From: Gemmatimonadota bacterium
Lineage (GTDB): Bacteria > Gemmatimonadota > Gemmatimonadetes > Longimicrobiales > Gaopeijiaceae
Assembly (NCBI GenBank): GCA_039589315.1
Contig: JBDHHQ010000014.1
Location: 24,125-88,124, forward strand
Length of the DNA stretch: 64,000 nucleotides
Reading direction: 5' to 3'
The position numbers and the translations under genes are program-made. The notes beneath the pieces were generated by a model, which saw nothing but the letters and a program-made list of their open reading frames with translations, was not told the DNA's origin and made no database searches. Position 1 is the stretch's first letter; the number at the start of each line of letters is the position of its first letter. Shown here one piece after another: positions 9,756 to 19,051 of the stretch.

Positions 9756-11339
9756 TTGAGCCAGCCTCGCCGGCGCTACCTGACCACGCCGATCTACTAC
9801 GCCTCGGGCGAGCCCCATATCGGCCACGCCTACACCAACCTCCTGGCAGACACCCTGGCCCGCTATTACCGGCAGACCGGGGCCGACGTCCGGTTCCTGA
9901 CGGGAACGGACGAGCACGGTCAGAAGATGCAGGAGGCGGCGGATCGCCGAGGCGTCACGCCCCGGGAGCTCGCCGACGAGATGGCTGGCCGCTTCAAGGC
10001 GGCGTGGCACGAGCTCGAGGTTTCATTCGACCGATTCATCCGCACGACCGAGGCCGAGCACGTGGCCGTCGTGCAAGCATTCTTCCAGCAGCTCTGGGAC
10101 CGGGGCCAGATCTACTCGGACCTGTACCGCGGCTGGTACTGCGTCCACGACGAACGCTACTGGACCGACAAGGACCTGGGCCCGGGCCAAACCTGTCCGG
10201 ACTGCAGCAGACCGGTTCGCGAGGTCGAGGAGAAGAACTACTTCTTCCGCATGAGCGACTACCAGGAGCGACTGGTCCGGCATATCCACGAGACTCCCGA
10301 CTGGATCGTGCCGACGGTCCGTCGCAACGAGATCCTGGGCTTCCTGCAGCAGCCCCTCGAGGACCTGTCCGTCTCCCGTCCGAAGACCCGGCTCACCTGG
10401 GGCGTGACCCTACCGTTCGACGACGAGCACGTCTCGTACGTCTGGGTGGACGCGTTGATCAACTACCTCACGGCCTCCGGTGCCATCGATCCGTCCCAGC
10501 CGGCGGAGCGACAGGGCTTCACCGACCCGGCGGCCGGATGGTGGCCTGCGGACCTGCACATCATGGGGAAGGACATCATAACCACCCACGCCGTGTACTG
10601 GCCCACGCTGCTCATGGCGGTCGGGCTACCCGTGCCCCGACAGATCCTGGCCCACGGGTGGTGGGTGACACACGGACCTGCGCAGGCCGACCGAAGCGGC
10701 ATGCAGCAACCGTCCAAGATGTCCAAGTCGCTGGGCAACGTCGTGGACCCTCTGGAGCTCCGGGAGCAGCTGGGCACCGACGCCGTTCGCTGGTTCCTCA
10801 TCCGAGAGATGCCCACCGGCGACGACGCCGCTTTTACGCCCGAACGGTTCCTGGTCCGCTACGGGGAGCTGGCCAACGTCCTTGGAAACCTCGCCAGTCG
10901 GGTCGTTGCGATGGTCGGCAAGTTCCGGGAAGGAGTGGTTCCCGGCGGTCCGGACCGGGGTTTGGCTCGGGAGATCGCGGATACCGTCGACGCCATGGAG
11001 TCCGCCATGGACGCCTACCGGGTCCACGAGGCGTTCGGCGCGGCCATGGACCTCGCTCGGCAGGCGAACGGCTACGTAGAGGCGCGGGAGCCGTGGGCGC
11101 AGGCCAAGGACCCCACCCAGGCGGACGCCCTCAACGAGACGCTGGCCTCGCTGGTCCGGGCGCTGGCCGTGCTCTGCGCCGTCTTCCAACCGGTCGTTCC
11201 GGCCAAGATGGCGGAGCTGGCCGGCAGCCTGGGACTGGACCGCATCCCCTCCATACAGGAGTCGCTCGAGATTCCGTTGGCTGGCCGGTCGCTGACCAAG
11301 GGGCCACCGCTGTTCCCCCGCGCCGACCTGGCAGGCTGA
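9756..11339 (+). CDS. metG: Methionine--tRNA ligase, short form without C-terminal tRNA-binding domain
   Basis: TTPIYY, HIGH, TGTDEHG, YVWVDAL.NY, KMSKS; TTG start. Confidence 0.96.
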   Translation: MSQPRRRYLTTPIYYASGEPHIGHAYTNLLADTLARYYRQTGADVRFLTGTDEHGQKMQEAADRRGVTPRELADEMAGRFKAAWHELEVSFDRFIRTTEAEHVAVVQAFFQQLWDRGQIYSDLYRGWYCVHDERYWTDKDLGPGQTCPDCSRPVREVEEKNYFFRMSDYQERLVRHIHETPDWIVPTVRRNEILGFLQQPLEDLSVSRPKTRLTWGVTLPFDDEHVSYVWVDALINYLTASGAIDPSQPAERQGFTDPAAGWWPADLHIMGKDIITTHAVYWPTLLMAVGLPVPRQILAHGWWVTHGPAQADRSGMQQPSKMSKSLGNVVDPLELREQLGTDAVRWFLIREMPTGDDAAFTPERFLVRYGELANVLGNLASRVVAMVGKFREGVVPGGPDRGLAREIADTVDAMESAMDAYRVHEAFGAAMDLARQANGYVEAREPWAQAKDPTQADALNETLASLVRALAVLCAVFQPVVPAKMAELAGSLGLDRIPSIQESLEIPLAGRSLTKGPPLFPRADLAG

Positions 11340-11388
11340 GGGCTCGCCCGAGGCCGTAAGTGTAAACAAATGGCGGGTTTTCGACGGG

Positions 11389-11417
11389 TTGACACGCCAT
11401 CGACCCTCCAATAACGT
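11389..11417 (+). promoter_or_regulatory. Sigma70-type promoter for the M23 peptidase gene
   Basis: TTGACA-N17-TAACGT in a locally AT-richer intergenic stretch. Confidence 0.6.
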
Positions 11418-11515
11418 TGGCGGCCATTCCTTTCCTAACATCCGGTGTCGATCCCTCCGATGCTTATGAGGTAGGGAAGGCTCTCGAGCTGCCACCCGTC
11501 GGCAGGAGTGTGTAC

Positions 11516-12442
11516 ATGCAGGGAGACAAGTGGACGTTTCTCGTCTTTCGCGGCGAGGAGTCGGTTCGCCAATACTCCTTGCACAACCGTGCAGTCAGGT
11601 ACGTCGTCGGGGGATCTGCGGCGGCGGTCGTCATCCTCGCCGGACTCGTGGCTCTCCTGGGTGTCAGTGGTTGGTCCCAGGCCGAGAGGGCTCTCCTGGA
11701 GCACAAGAACGCGCTCCTCCGGTCGAATCTCGCAGACGTCCAGGAACAGCTGCGAGCGCTCGAGACCACCATTGGAGATCTGGCCGAGCGCGACGTCCAG
11801 TACCGCACGTTGGCCGGCCTCGACTCATTCGACGAGGACGTGCTGCAGGCCGGTGTCGGCGGCCCCGGCATGGCGACCCCGGAAGGGGACGCGCTCTGGG
11901 CCGCGGACACGGAGCTGGGTGAAGAGACCTTCGCGCTCCGCTACGACCTCTCCGCCCTCGAGCGGCGGGCCCGTCTTCTCTCGGAGAGTCTCGCGGAGGC
12001 CACCGACAGCCTGACCGCCCATCATGAGCTGCTCGAGCGGACGCCCTCGATCTTCCCGGCGGCGGGCTTCCTGTCCAGCAGCTTCTCGCGCTCACGGTAC
12101 CACCCGATCCATCACCGGAAGCTGCCTCACGAGGGCATCGACATCGGTGCGAATCGAGGGACGCCCATCCTCGCCGCGGCGAAGGGCCGCGTGATCTACG
12201 CCGGCCGGCGCGCCGGGTACGGGCTGATGACGGAGATCGACCACGGCAACGGTCACGTGACCCGCTACGGGCATGCCTCCAAGCTGCTGGTGAAGAGAGG
12301 GCAGGACGTGACCCGTGGCGACGTCATCGGTCAGGTGGGAAGCACCGGGATTGCCACATCGCCCCACCTGCACTACGAGGTCCGGGTGAATGGGCGGCCC
12401 GTGAACCCCTTGAACTACGTGATCACCGGGGCAATTCCCTGA
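11516..12442 (+). CDS. M23-family metallopeptidase (peptidoglycan endopeptidase) with TM anchor and coiled coil
   Basis: HEGID, TRYGH, HLHYEV motifs; AGGAG RBS before ATG 11516. Confidence 0.92.
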   Translation: MQGDKWTFLVFRGEESVRQYSLHNRAVRYVVGGSAAAVVILAGLVALLGVSGWSQAERALLEHKNALLRSNLADVQEQLRALETTIGDLAERDVQYRTLAGLDSFDEDVLQAGVGGPGMATPEGDALWAADTELGEETFALRYDLSALERRARLLSESLAEATDSLTAHHELLERTPSIFPAAGFLSSSFSRSRYHPIHHRKLPHEGIDIGANRGTPILAAAKGRVIYAGRRAGYGLMTEIDHGNGHVTRYGHASKLLVKRGQDVTRGDVIGQVGSTGIATSPHLHYEVRVNGRPVNPLNYVITGAIP

Positions 12443-12530
12443 GGCCGCTCCCCAGCCAGTCGTGGGTACGGGTGCTCGGCAACCGGACCGCACCCGGCTA
12501 ACGCGACGATCCGAAAGCGTCGATATACTT

Positions 12531-12560
12531 GGAGGCACCACATCGGTGCCTCCTTTTTTT
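12531..12560 (+). terminator. Intrinsic terminator after the M23 gene
   Basis: GGAGGCACC-acatc-GGTGCCTCC followed by T7. Confidence 0.85.
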
Positions 12561-12588
12561 CTTCGGTGTCGGCGGGTTAAGCTAGTTG

Positions 12589-13788
12589 ATGCTGCGTCTT
12601 GCTCTACTGATCGCGGGAGCGGTCCTGGCCGGGAATCAGGGCGGTGAAGAAGCCCTGCGACCCGATTCCATCCTCCGCCTGCCGGAGGGACCCCAACTGG
12701 TGCTCTTCTCGAACCCGGGAGCCACCGTCACGGCGCTCCGGGTCTCGGTGCTGCTGGAAGAAGATGCCCATGAGGCCGGCGCGGCTCGCGTGCTTCAGGC
12801 GCACGCGCTTCAGCGGGTGCGCTCGGCCGCCAGCTCCGTGGGCGCCGTCGTCACTGCCACCCGGACCCCCTGGGGCATCGCGTATACCGTCGTAGGACCC
12901 CAGACCCATTTCGAGTACATGGCCTGGATCCTCCGACAGACCGTATCGGAACCGAATCTCGATCGAGTGCAGTTTCTCCGGGCTCGGGCCGAAGTCTCGG
13001 ACGAGGTGGAGCGCGAGGCGGAGACGCCTCCTGGCGTCCTGGCGGAGCGGTTGTGGAGTCAGATCACACCCTCGGAGTCCCGGCTGGACGGGTCCCACGC
13101 GTCACTCCAGCAGATCACGCCCGGCAGCGTCCGCGACCTCTGGGCCCGGACGCATCGCCCGGATCGCATGAACGTGGTGGCTGCCGGTCCCGTGACTGTG
13201 GATCCCATCATCGCCGCCCTCAAGGACCTCGTGGGGTCCGCGGATGCGGGCCCGCCGAAGCGAGCCGATGCGCGTGCCATGCCGCCTCCAGATCGCGGCC
13301 GACCACAGGTGCTGCGTCGCTGGTATGGCGAGGCGTTCCTGGCCGGAGATCCCGCCGATCCCCACGCGGAGGTCCTGGCGCTGATGGCCGGACGGAGCCT
13401 GCGGCAGGGGAGTCAAGGCTATGAGGCCGGCGTGGAGCTTTGGGAGCTGGACCGCACACGTATTCTGGCTGTGACCGGTGCGGCGTACGGGAGGAATGCC
13501 TCGGCGATGACGGCGCGGATTCGTGGCCTCCTGGACGAGACTCGGTCGGCCATCACGCCCGAAGCGGCGGCCGGGGCCGCTGCCGGAATCCGCTTCCAGC
13601 TACTCGCCGACGCCCGGACTCCCGACGGACTGATCGACCTCGTCGGCCGACACTTGGACGCCACGGGAACGCCCAGCGGAGCCCTGGATTACCTGCGCCG
13701 GCTCGATCAGGTAACGGCGGCCAGCCTCGAGACGTTCTTGACCACTGTCGAGGGCTCCGGCCCCGTGTCCGCGGAGCTACGGCCATGA
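12589..13788 (+). CDS. Exported insulinase/M16-fold protein, divergent, no HxxEH
   Basis: Signal peptide; M16-like segments (LQQITPGSVRDLWARTHRPDRMNVVAAG; LDQVTAASL). Confidence 0.7.
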   Translation: MLRLALLIAGAVLAGNQGGEEALRPDSILRLPEGPQLVLFSNPGATVTALRVSVLLEEDAHEAGAARVLQAHALQRVRSAASSVGAVVTATRTPWGIAYTVVGPQTHFEYMAWILRQTVSEPNLDRVQFLRARAEVSDEVEREAETPPGVLAERLWSQITPSESRLDGSHASLQQITPGSVRDLWARTHRPDRMNVVAAGPVTVDPIIAALKDLVGSADAGPPKRADARAMPPPDRGRPQVLRRWYGEAFLAGDPADPHAEVLALMAGRSLRQGSQGYEAGVELWELDRTRILAVTGAAYGRNASAMTARIRGLLDETRSAITPEAAAGAAAGIRFQLLADARTPDGLIDLVGRHLDATGTPSGALDYLRRLDQVTAASLETFLTTVEGSGPVSAELRP

Positions 13789-15077
13789 AGCGCTTCGTGC
13801 TTTCCACCCTCGGGCTCACTGCCATGGTCGTCTCGGTGCCTGGCCCCCTGGTCGGGCAGGAAGTGGACTCGGCTGCCGTCGAGCCCACACCGGAGCCAGC
13901 ACCGGATACGGCGGTTTGGATCGCTGTCGCGCCTCGACCTCGCGGCACCGTCGTGGCTACGACGGTGACGTTCCCGGTGGGCTCGGATCACGACCCAACC
14001 GGCCGAGGCGGCACCGCCTGGCTTGTCGGGCGGACCCTGGAAGGAATGGCGCAGGAGGCCCTCGGGGAGGCCGCAGCCGCCTCGGTCCAAGTCCTCCGTG
14101 GTCGCGTCTACGCCACGCTGCTCGCGCCCCCGACCACCTGGGAGTCCGACTTCCAGACCTTCGCAACGGTGCTCATGCGCCGTGAGCTGGCGGCCGGGCA
14201 CTTCGAAGCCGAGCGGTCGCGGCTCGTGGGCCGGTTGACGTTCGAGGCCGGAGCCCCGGTGCGGGAGTTCGAGGTGGAGGCGGCTCGGCTGTACGCCTCG
14301 GGCGAGCAGGATTGGGCGCGTCCGCCGGAGGGCGATCTCGAGAGCCTCCCGGCCGTCACTCTGGACGACCTCACGCAGTTCCGGCGGCGGCTCCTGAACG
14401 CCGACGACGTAGCGGTCGCCGTCGTCGGTCCGGTGGACCCGGACGCGGCCGTTGGCGTCACGAGCGCCATTCGCGACGGCAGGAGGCGCGCCTCGGCATC
14501 ATCGAGCGCTGAGCGCGGCGCCAGTGCCGTCGCGTGGACGACGGGCGACCGCCTGGCCCTTCCTCGTGACATCACCAACACCTCGCTCGCGTTCGCGTAT
14601 CCGTTGCCTGCGGGCCACGACCGCACGGCCGCCGAATTCCTGGCGCACGTCCTCCAGGAGAAGCTCAACCCCGTGCCGCCAGATCCCGGTGTGTACCGGG
14701 CCGAGACCCAGGTGATGGACGCCCCCACGGGCCCCTTGCTGGTGATCGAGGTCGCGGTCTTCCCCGAGGTCGGCAATCGGTGGGAGCAGCAGATCGCGAC
14801 GGCCATCCGGGAGACAGCCGGCGGCGATCCCTACGAGGACGTCTTCTTCCCGTGGCAGCAGAGGCGGTTCCGCTCCGCGGCCATGCAACGGGACGCCACG
14901 CCGGAGGGGCTGAGCCGCCGGCTGACGAACGACCTGCTGCGAGGGGGCTCGGCCCGAGACGTCGATGCCGAGATCCGCACACTGACGGCCGAGGGTCTCG
15001 TGACCCTGGCCGCGACGTTGGGACAGCCCCGGGTGCTCTTCTTCGGACCGGACCTGGGAGCCGACCGGGATCCGTGA
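13785..15077 (+). CDS. Exported insulinase/M16-fold partner subunit, no HxxEH
   Basis: ATGA overlap with upstream gene; VGSDHDPTGRGGTAWL at the HxxEH position; G.LESL..VTLDDL..F; VAVAVVGPV. Confidence 0.7.
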   Translation: MKRFVLSTLGLTAMVVSVPGPLVGQEVDSAAVEPTPEPAPDTAVWIAVAPRPRGTVVATTVTFPVGSDHDPTGRGGTAWLVGRTLEGMAQEALGEAAAASVQVLRGRVYATLLAPPTTWESDFQTFATVLMRRELAAGHFEAERSRLVGRLTFEAGAPVREFEVEAARLYASGEQDWARPPEGDLESLPAVTLDDLTQFRRRLLNADDVAVAVVGPVDPDAAVGVTSAIRDGRRRASASSSAERGASAVAWTTGDRLALPRDITNTSLAFAYPLPAGHDRTAAEFLAHVLQEKLNPVPPDPGVYRAETQVMDAPTGPLLVIEVAVFPEVGNRWEQQIATAIRETAGGDPYEDVFFPWQQRRFRSAAMQRDATPEGLSRRLTNDLLRGGSARDVDAEIRTLTAEGLVTLAATLGQPRVLFFGPDLGADRDP

Positions 15078-15200
15078 TTCCGGAGTCGTGCCGACGACCC
15101 CCCGACTGCTCGTTCGGGCAACATGCGCTGAGTCGCTCGGGCGATACCCCACCGGTCGCTCCGGCCCCCCCCTTCTCTCTCACGGCCGGCGTCTCCCTTC

Positions 15201-15229
15201 TTGATGCCCGGTAGGTGGCCTTTTACTTT
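15201..15229 (+). promoter_or_regulatory. Possible sigma70-type promoter
   Basis: TTGATG-N17-TACTTT about 70 bp upstream of the lipoprotein gene. Confidence 0.4.
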
Positions 15230-15300
15230 CGTGCGTTTCCCGGGAGGCTCGAACCACGGCCGGGGTTCGCAGCCCCTGAACCTACCAGACGGAGTGATCA

Positions 15301-16080
15301 ATGAAGGCAACGAAGCCCCTGTTCGCTGCGATGACCCTCACGGTGCTGGTGGCTTGTGGCCCCGGCGAGGTCGTCGTGACTGCGGAGCTCGAGGTGCCCG
15401 ATCCCGAAACCGAGGGCGGGACGGTCGTGCGTCCGCTCGGAGATATGACGGTCGACCTGTTGCCCTATGATCGGGACGCCATCTTCGACTCGCTCACCGC
15501 CGCGGCCGCGCGGCCGGAGCCGCCGATTCCCGATTCCCTACTCCTGGCCCAGGAAGCGGTGGCAGCAGCCCAGGAGGAGTGGCGCGCAGCCGAGGCCGAG
15601 TGGAACACGCTTCGCTCCGAGCTCCAGGAGATCAGCGACGAGCTCGAGGGACTGAGCCGGGGAGAGGCACGCTATCGCCTCCTGTTCAACGACTTCCAGG
15701 ACAAAGAGGGGCGGTTGAGCGGGGTCGAGCGGCAGATGAACCAGGCGTTCGAACGGTTCACCGAGCTCCAGGAGAGCATCATCGCGGAGATCGAGGCGGT
15801 GAGGATTCAGCGCGAGGAGTGGGCCGACGAGGCGTATGTCGACTTCTTCGCGGTGGCGCAGGTCCGGATCGAGGCCTCGGGGCTCGAACCCGTCGTCGAC
15901 ACCACCGACGCCAGCGGGACGGTCCGGATCGAGGCGGCACCCGGAAACTACTGGTTGCACGCACGCCACGAGCTACCGTTCAACGAGCTCTATTGGAATC
16001 TCCCGGTCACGCTGTCGCGTGGGGAGCCGGCCGAGGTCCACCTCGATCGCGGGACGGCGGAGGTCCGGCCGAAGCTGTAG
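15301..16080 (+). CDS. Lipoprotein of unknown function with a long coiled-coil insert
   Basis: Lipobox LVAC; acidic heptad-rich centre; beta-rich C-terminus (TTDASG...PGNYWL); GGAG RBS. Confidence 0.8.
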   Translation: MKATKPLFAAMTLTVLVACGPGEVVVTAELEVPDPETEGGTVVRPLGDMTVDLLPYDRDAIFDSLTAAAARPEPPIPDSLLLAQEAVAAAQEEWRAAEAEWNTLRSELQEISDELEGLSRGEARYRLLFNDFQDKEGRLSGVERQMNQAFERFTELQESIIAEIEAVRIQREEWADEAYVDFFAVAQVRIEASGLEPVVDTTDASGTVRIEAAPGNYWLHARHELPFNELYWNLPVTLSRGEPAEVHLDRGTAEVRPKL

Positions 16081-16144
16081 CCCCGAACGGGTCGGGGCGG
16101 TGTCGCCCGCCCACGCCACCCCGCTCACGCCGGCACCGGCGTTT

Positions 16145-16195
16145 GACACCGCCCTCGGCGTCCACTGTTCGGACGCCCGGGGCGGTGTTCTTTTT
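16145..16195 (+). terminator. Intrinsic terminator between the lipoprotein gene and fadJ
   Basis: GACACCGCCCTCGGCGTCC / GGACGCCCGGGGCGGTGTT imperfect stem followed by CTTTTT. Confidence 0.7.
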
Positions 16196-16235
16196 CAGGC
16201 TGAAGAACCCCCAACTTCTAGATGTGGAGACGTGG

Positions 16236-18407
16236 ATGGTGGACGCGGCGGCCGGGAGATCCGGTCCGTTTCTGGAGATCGACGCGGGGCGGATCGCCCG
16301 GATCACCTTCGACGACCCCGACCGAAGGCACAATTACCTGACCGAAACGGTCATGACCGGCTTCGCCGGCCTGGTTGCCCGGGTGCGGGACGAGGCAGGG
16401 GCGGGCAACGTCAGCGGACTCGTCATCTACAGCGCCAAGAAGCGCAGCTTCATCGCCGGGGCCGACGTCGAGGCCATCGGCGCCATCGAGGACCCCCTGT
16501 CCGGCGAAGAGGCCGCGGGGTTCGGGCAGGCGACCTTCGGCGAGCTGGAGTCCCTGCCGGTCCCCACGGTAGCCGCGATTCACGGCCTCTGCCTCGGAGG
16601 CGGCACCGAGCTGTCGCTGGCGTGCCGGTACCGCCTCGCCTCGGACTCCGATCGGACGAAGATCGGTCTCCCGGAGGTGCAGCTCGGAATCCTCCCGGCG
16701 TGGGGCGGTACCACCCGGCTCCCGCGCCTGGTCGGTCTCCAGGCCTCGCTGGACATGATGCTGACCGGCAGGGCCGTGAGCGCCGCCAAGGCCCGCCGCC
16801 TCGGGCTGGTGGATGCCGTGTATCCGACCGAGCTGTTCGAGGAAATGGTGGAGGCATTCCTGCGGGACCGCATCGAGGCCGGGCCCGTCCGCACCGGCCC
16901 TCGAAGAAAGTTCTTCCGCCGTGTCCTCGAGGACACGGCGCCCGGCCGGCGCGTGATCCTGCGTGCCGCGCGCAAGCAGGTGATGGCTCGCACTCAGGGA
17001 CATTACCCGGCGCCTCTGACCATCCTCTCCGTTGTCCGCCGCTCCCTGGGTAGATCGGTCGAGGCGGCGCTCAAGATCGAGGCGGCCGCCGCAGGCGAGT
17101 TACTGGCCAGCGGCGTGAGCAAGAACCTGGTGCACGTCTTCCACTTGCGGGAAGGCTCGCAGAAGCTCCCGGATGACGTCACGGGTCAAGCCGCCGACGT
17201 CGGGCGGATCGGCGTCCTCGGCGCCGGCGTGATGGGAGGTGGAATCGCCCAGTTGGCTGCCTACCACGGCGTCGGTGTGCGCCTGAAGGACATCCGTCAC
17301 GACGCGGTGGCGGCAGGGCTGCGAGAGGCGAGCGCCCGGTTCCGTGAGGCCGTCGAGCGCAGGAAGCTGGGGCAGCGGGAAGCCGACCAGCGGATGGAGC
17401 TCATCTCGGGCGGCCTGGGCTATGAGGGCTTCGCCTCGGCCGAGCTGGTGATCGAGGCGGTGGTGGAGCGCATGGACGTGAAGCGCGCCGTGCTCGAGGA
17501 GCTGGAGGCAGAGGTGGGACGGGACTGCGTTCTGGCCACCAACACCTCGTCCCTGTCCGTTGACGAGATGGCCGCCGTCCTGACCCGGCCGGAGCGTTTC
17601 TGTGGCATGCACTTCTTCAACCCGGTGCACCGCATGCCCCTGGTGGAGGTCGTGCGGGGTCAGGCCACGGACGATGACGCGGTGGCGACGGTCCATGCCT
17701 TTTCCCGGAAGCTGGGCAAGGTGCCGGTGGTGGTGCGGGACGGCCCCGGCTTCCTGGTGAACCGCATCCTGGGCCCCTACCTGAACGAGGCGGGGTGGCT
17801 CCTGACCGACGGCGCCGCCGGCCCCGACGTGGACCGTGCCGCGAAGCGTTTCGGCATGCCCATGGGCCCGCTTCGTTTGGTGGACGAAGTCGGGATCGAC
17901 ATTGCCGGCCACGCCGGCGCCACGCTGCACGAGACCTTCGGGGAGCGGATGGCGCCCTCGCCCGGCTTGCAGGCCATGGGGGAGTCGGGCCGTCTCGGAC
18001 GAAAGGGCGGCCTGGGTTTCTACACGTACGAGGATGGCGAGGAGCAGTCCTTCGACGACGGGGTCTACGCTGTCCTTGCCCCCGCTGTCCCGGCGTACCG
18101 GGTGAGCATGAACGACCGCACGATCCGGGCCAGGCTCGTGCTGGCGATGGTGAACGAGGCCGCCCGCGTGCTCGAGGACGGCATCGCCCGCTCGGCCGGT
18201 GACGTGGACCTGGCCATGATCATGGGCACCGGCTTTCCACCCTTCCGCGGCGGGCTGCTGCGGTACGCGGACCACCTCCACCCCAAGACGATCCTGGATC
18301 GGCTGCGGACGCACGAGGACAGCCTCGGACCTCGCTTCACCCCGGCCGAGGTCATTGAGGACATGGCCCGCACAGGGCGAGGGTTCTACGACACCTTCCC
18401 GGCATGA
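16236..18407 (+). CDS. fadJ: Fatty acid oxidation complex alpha subunit (enoyl-CoA hydratase/3-hydroxyacyl-CoA dehydrogenase)
   Basis: FIAGAD, CLGGG.EL, GLPEVQLG; GVLGAGVMGGGIA, ATNTSSL, GMHFFNP, GTGFPPFRGG. Confidence 0.93.
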   Translation: MVDAAAGRSGPFLEIDAGRIARITFDDPDRRHNYLTETVMTGFAGLVARVRDEAGAGNVSGLVIYSAKKRSFIAGADVEAIGAIEDPLSGEEAAGFGQATFGELESLPVPTVAAIHGLCLGGGTELSLACRYRLASDSDRTKIGLPEVQLGILPAWGGTTRLPRLVGLQASLDMMLTGRAVSAAKARRLGLVDAVYPTELFEEMVEAFLRDRIEAGPVRTGPRRKFFRRVLEDTAPGRRVILRAARKQVMARTQGHYPAPLTILSVVRRSLGRSVEAALKIEAAAAGELLASGVSKNLVHVFHLREGSQKLPDDVTGQAADVGRIGVLGAGVMGGGIAQLAAYHGVGVRLKDIRHDAVAAGLREASARFREAVERRKLGQREADQRMELISGGLGYEGFASAELVIEAVVERMDVKRAVLEELEAEVGRDCVLATNTSSLSVDEMAAVLTRPERFCGMHFFNPVHRMPLVEVVRGQATDDDAVATVHAFSRKLGKVPVVVRDGPGFLVNRILGPYLNEAGWLLTDGAAGPDVDRAAKRFGMPMGPLRLVDEVGIDIAGHAGATLHETFGERMAPSPGLQAMGESGRLGRKGGLGFYTYEDGEEQSFDDGVYAVLAPAVPAYRVSMNDRTIRARLVLAMVNEAARVLEDGIARSAGDVDLAMIMGTGFPPFRGGLLRYADHLHPKTILDRLRTHEDSLGPRFTPAEVIEDMARTGRGFYDTFPA

Positions 18408-19051
18408 CCGCGCGCGTTGCTGGGATCGTGCCGGCGGCCGGTCGATCCTCTCGCATGGGTCGCTCGAAGGCCCTGCTGGCGCCCGCCGGCCGATCCTTTC
18501 TGGGACGTGTGACCGATGCCCTGCGGGAGGGCGGGTGTGACCCGGTGATGGTGGTGGTGAGGGACGGAGCGAGCCCCGAGGCTGCCGAGGCCCAGGCCCT
18601 CGGCCTCCAGCGCGTGGTCAACCCCGACCCGTCCGACGGTCCCGTCAGCTCGCTCCGGGCCGGGCTCGCGGCTCTTCCCACCGCAGTGGCCGGGTGCGTC
18701 TGGTGGCCGGTGGACTACCCCCTGGTGCGGTCGGACACGGTGGCCGTTCTCGTTGCGTCCTTCGCGAAAGCGCCCGACTGCATCGTCATCCCGGCCCACG
18801 GGGGACGACACGGCCATCCGGTCGTCTTCCCCCGCCAGCTCTTCCCGCGGCTCGCTGAGCCCGGCCTGGCCGAAGGCGCCCGTACGGTCGTGCGGGAGCA
18901 CCCCCGCCGGGTCACCGTCGCGGTGGACGATCCGGGGATCCTGACCGACGTCGACACACCCCAGGACTACCGGGCCGTGTTCGGCGAGGACCCCGCCGTG
19001 CGGTCGAGCTCCGCGACCAGCGCGCCCGCGCACGAGCTCGGCGACCGATGA
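18404..19051 (+). CDS. Molybdenum cofactor cytidylyltransferase-like nucleotidyltransferase (MocA/NTP_transf_3)
   Basis: AAGRSSRMGRSKALL, VDYP, GHPV.F, DVDTPQDY. Confidence 0.85.
   Translation: MTARVAGIVPAAGRSSRMGRSKALLAPAGRSFLGRVTDALREGGCDPVMVVVRDGASPEAAEAQALGLQRVVNPDPSDGPVSSLRAGLAALPTAVAGCVWWPVDYPLVRSDTVAVLVASFAKAPDCIVIPAHGGRHGHPVVFPRQLFPRLAEPGLAEGARTVVREHPRRVTVAVDDPGILTDVDTPQDYRAVFGEDPAVRSSSATSAPAHELGDR

Noticed and set aside
12443..12530. Superficial resemblance to an HDV-like ribozyme (GGCCGC..CCCAGCC...GGCAAC)
   Set aside because: The P1 partner and nested pseudoknot pairings could not be formed; kept only as a generic structured region
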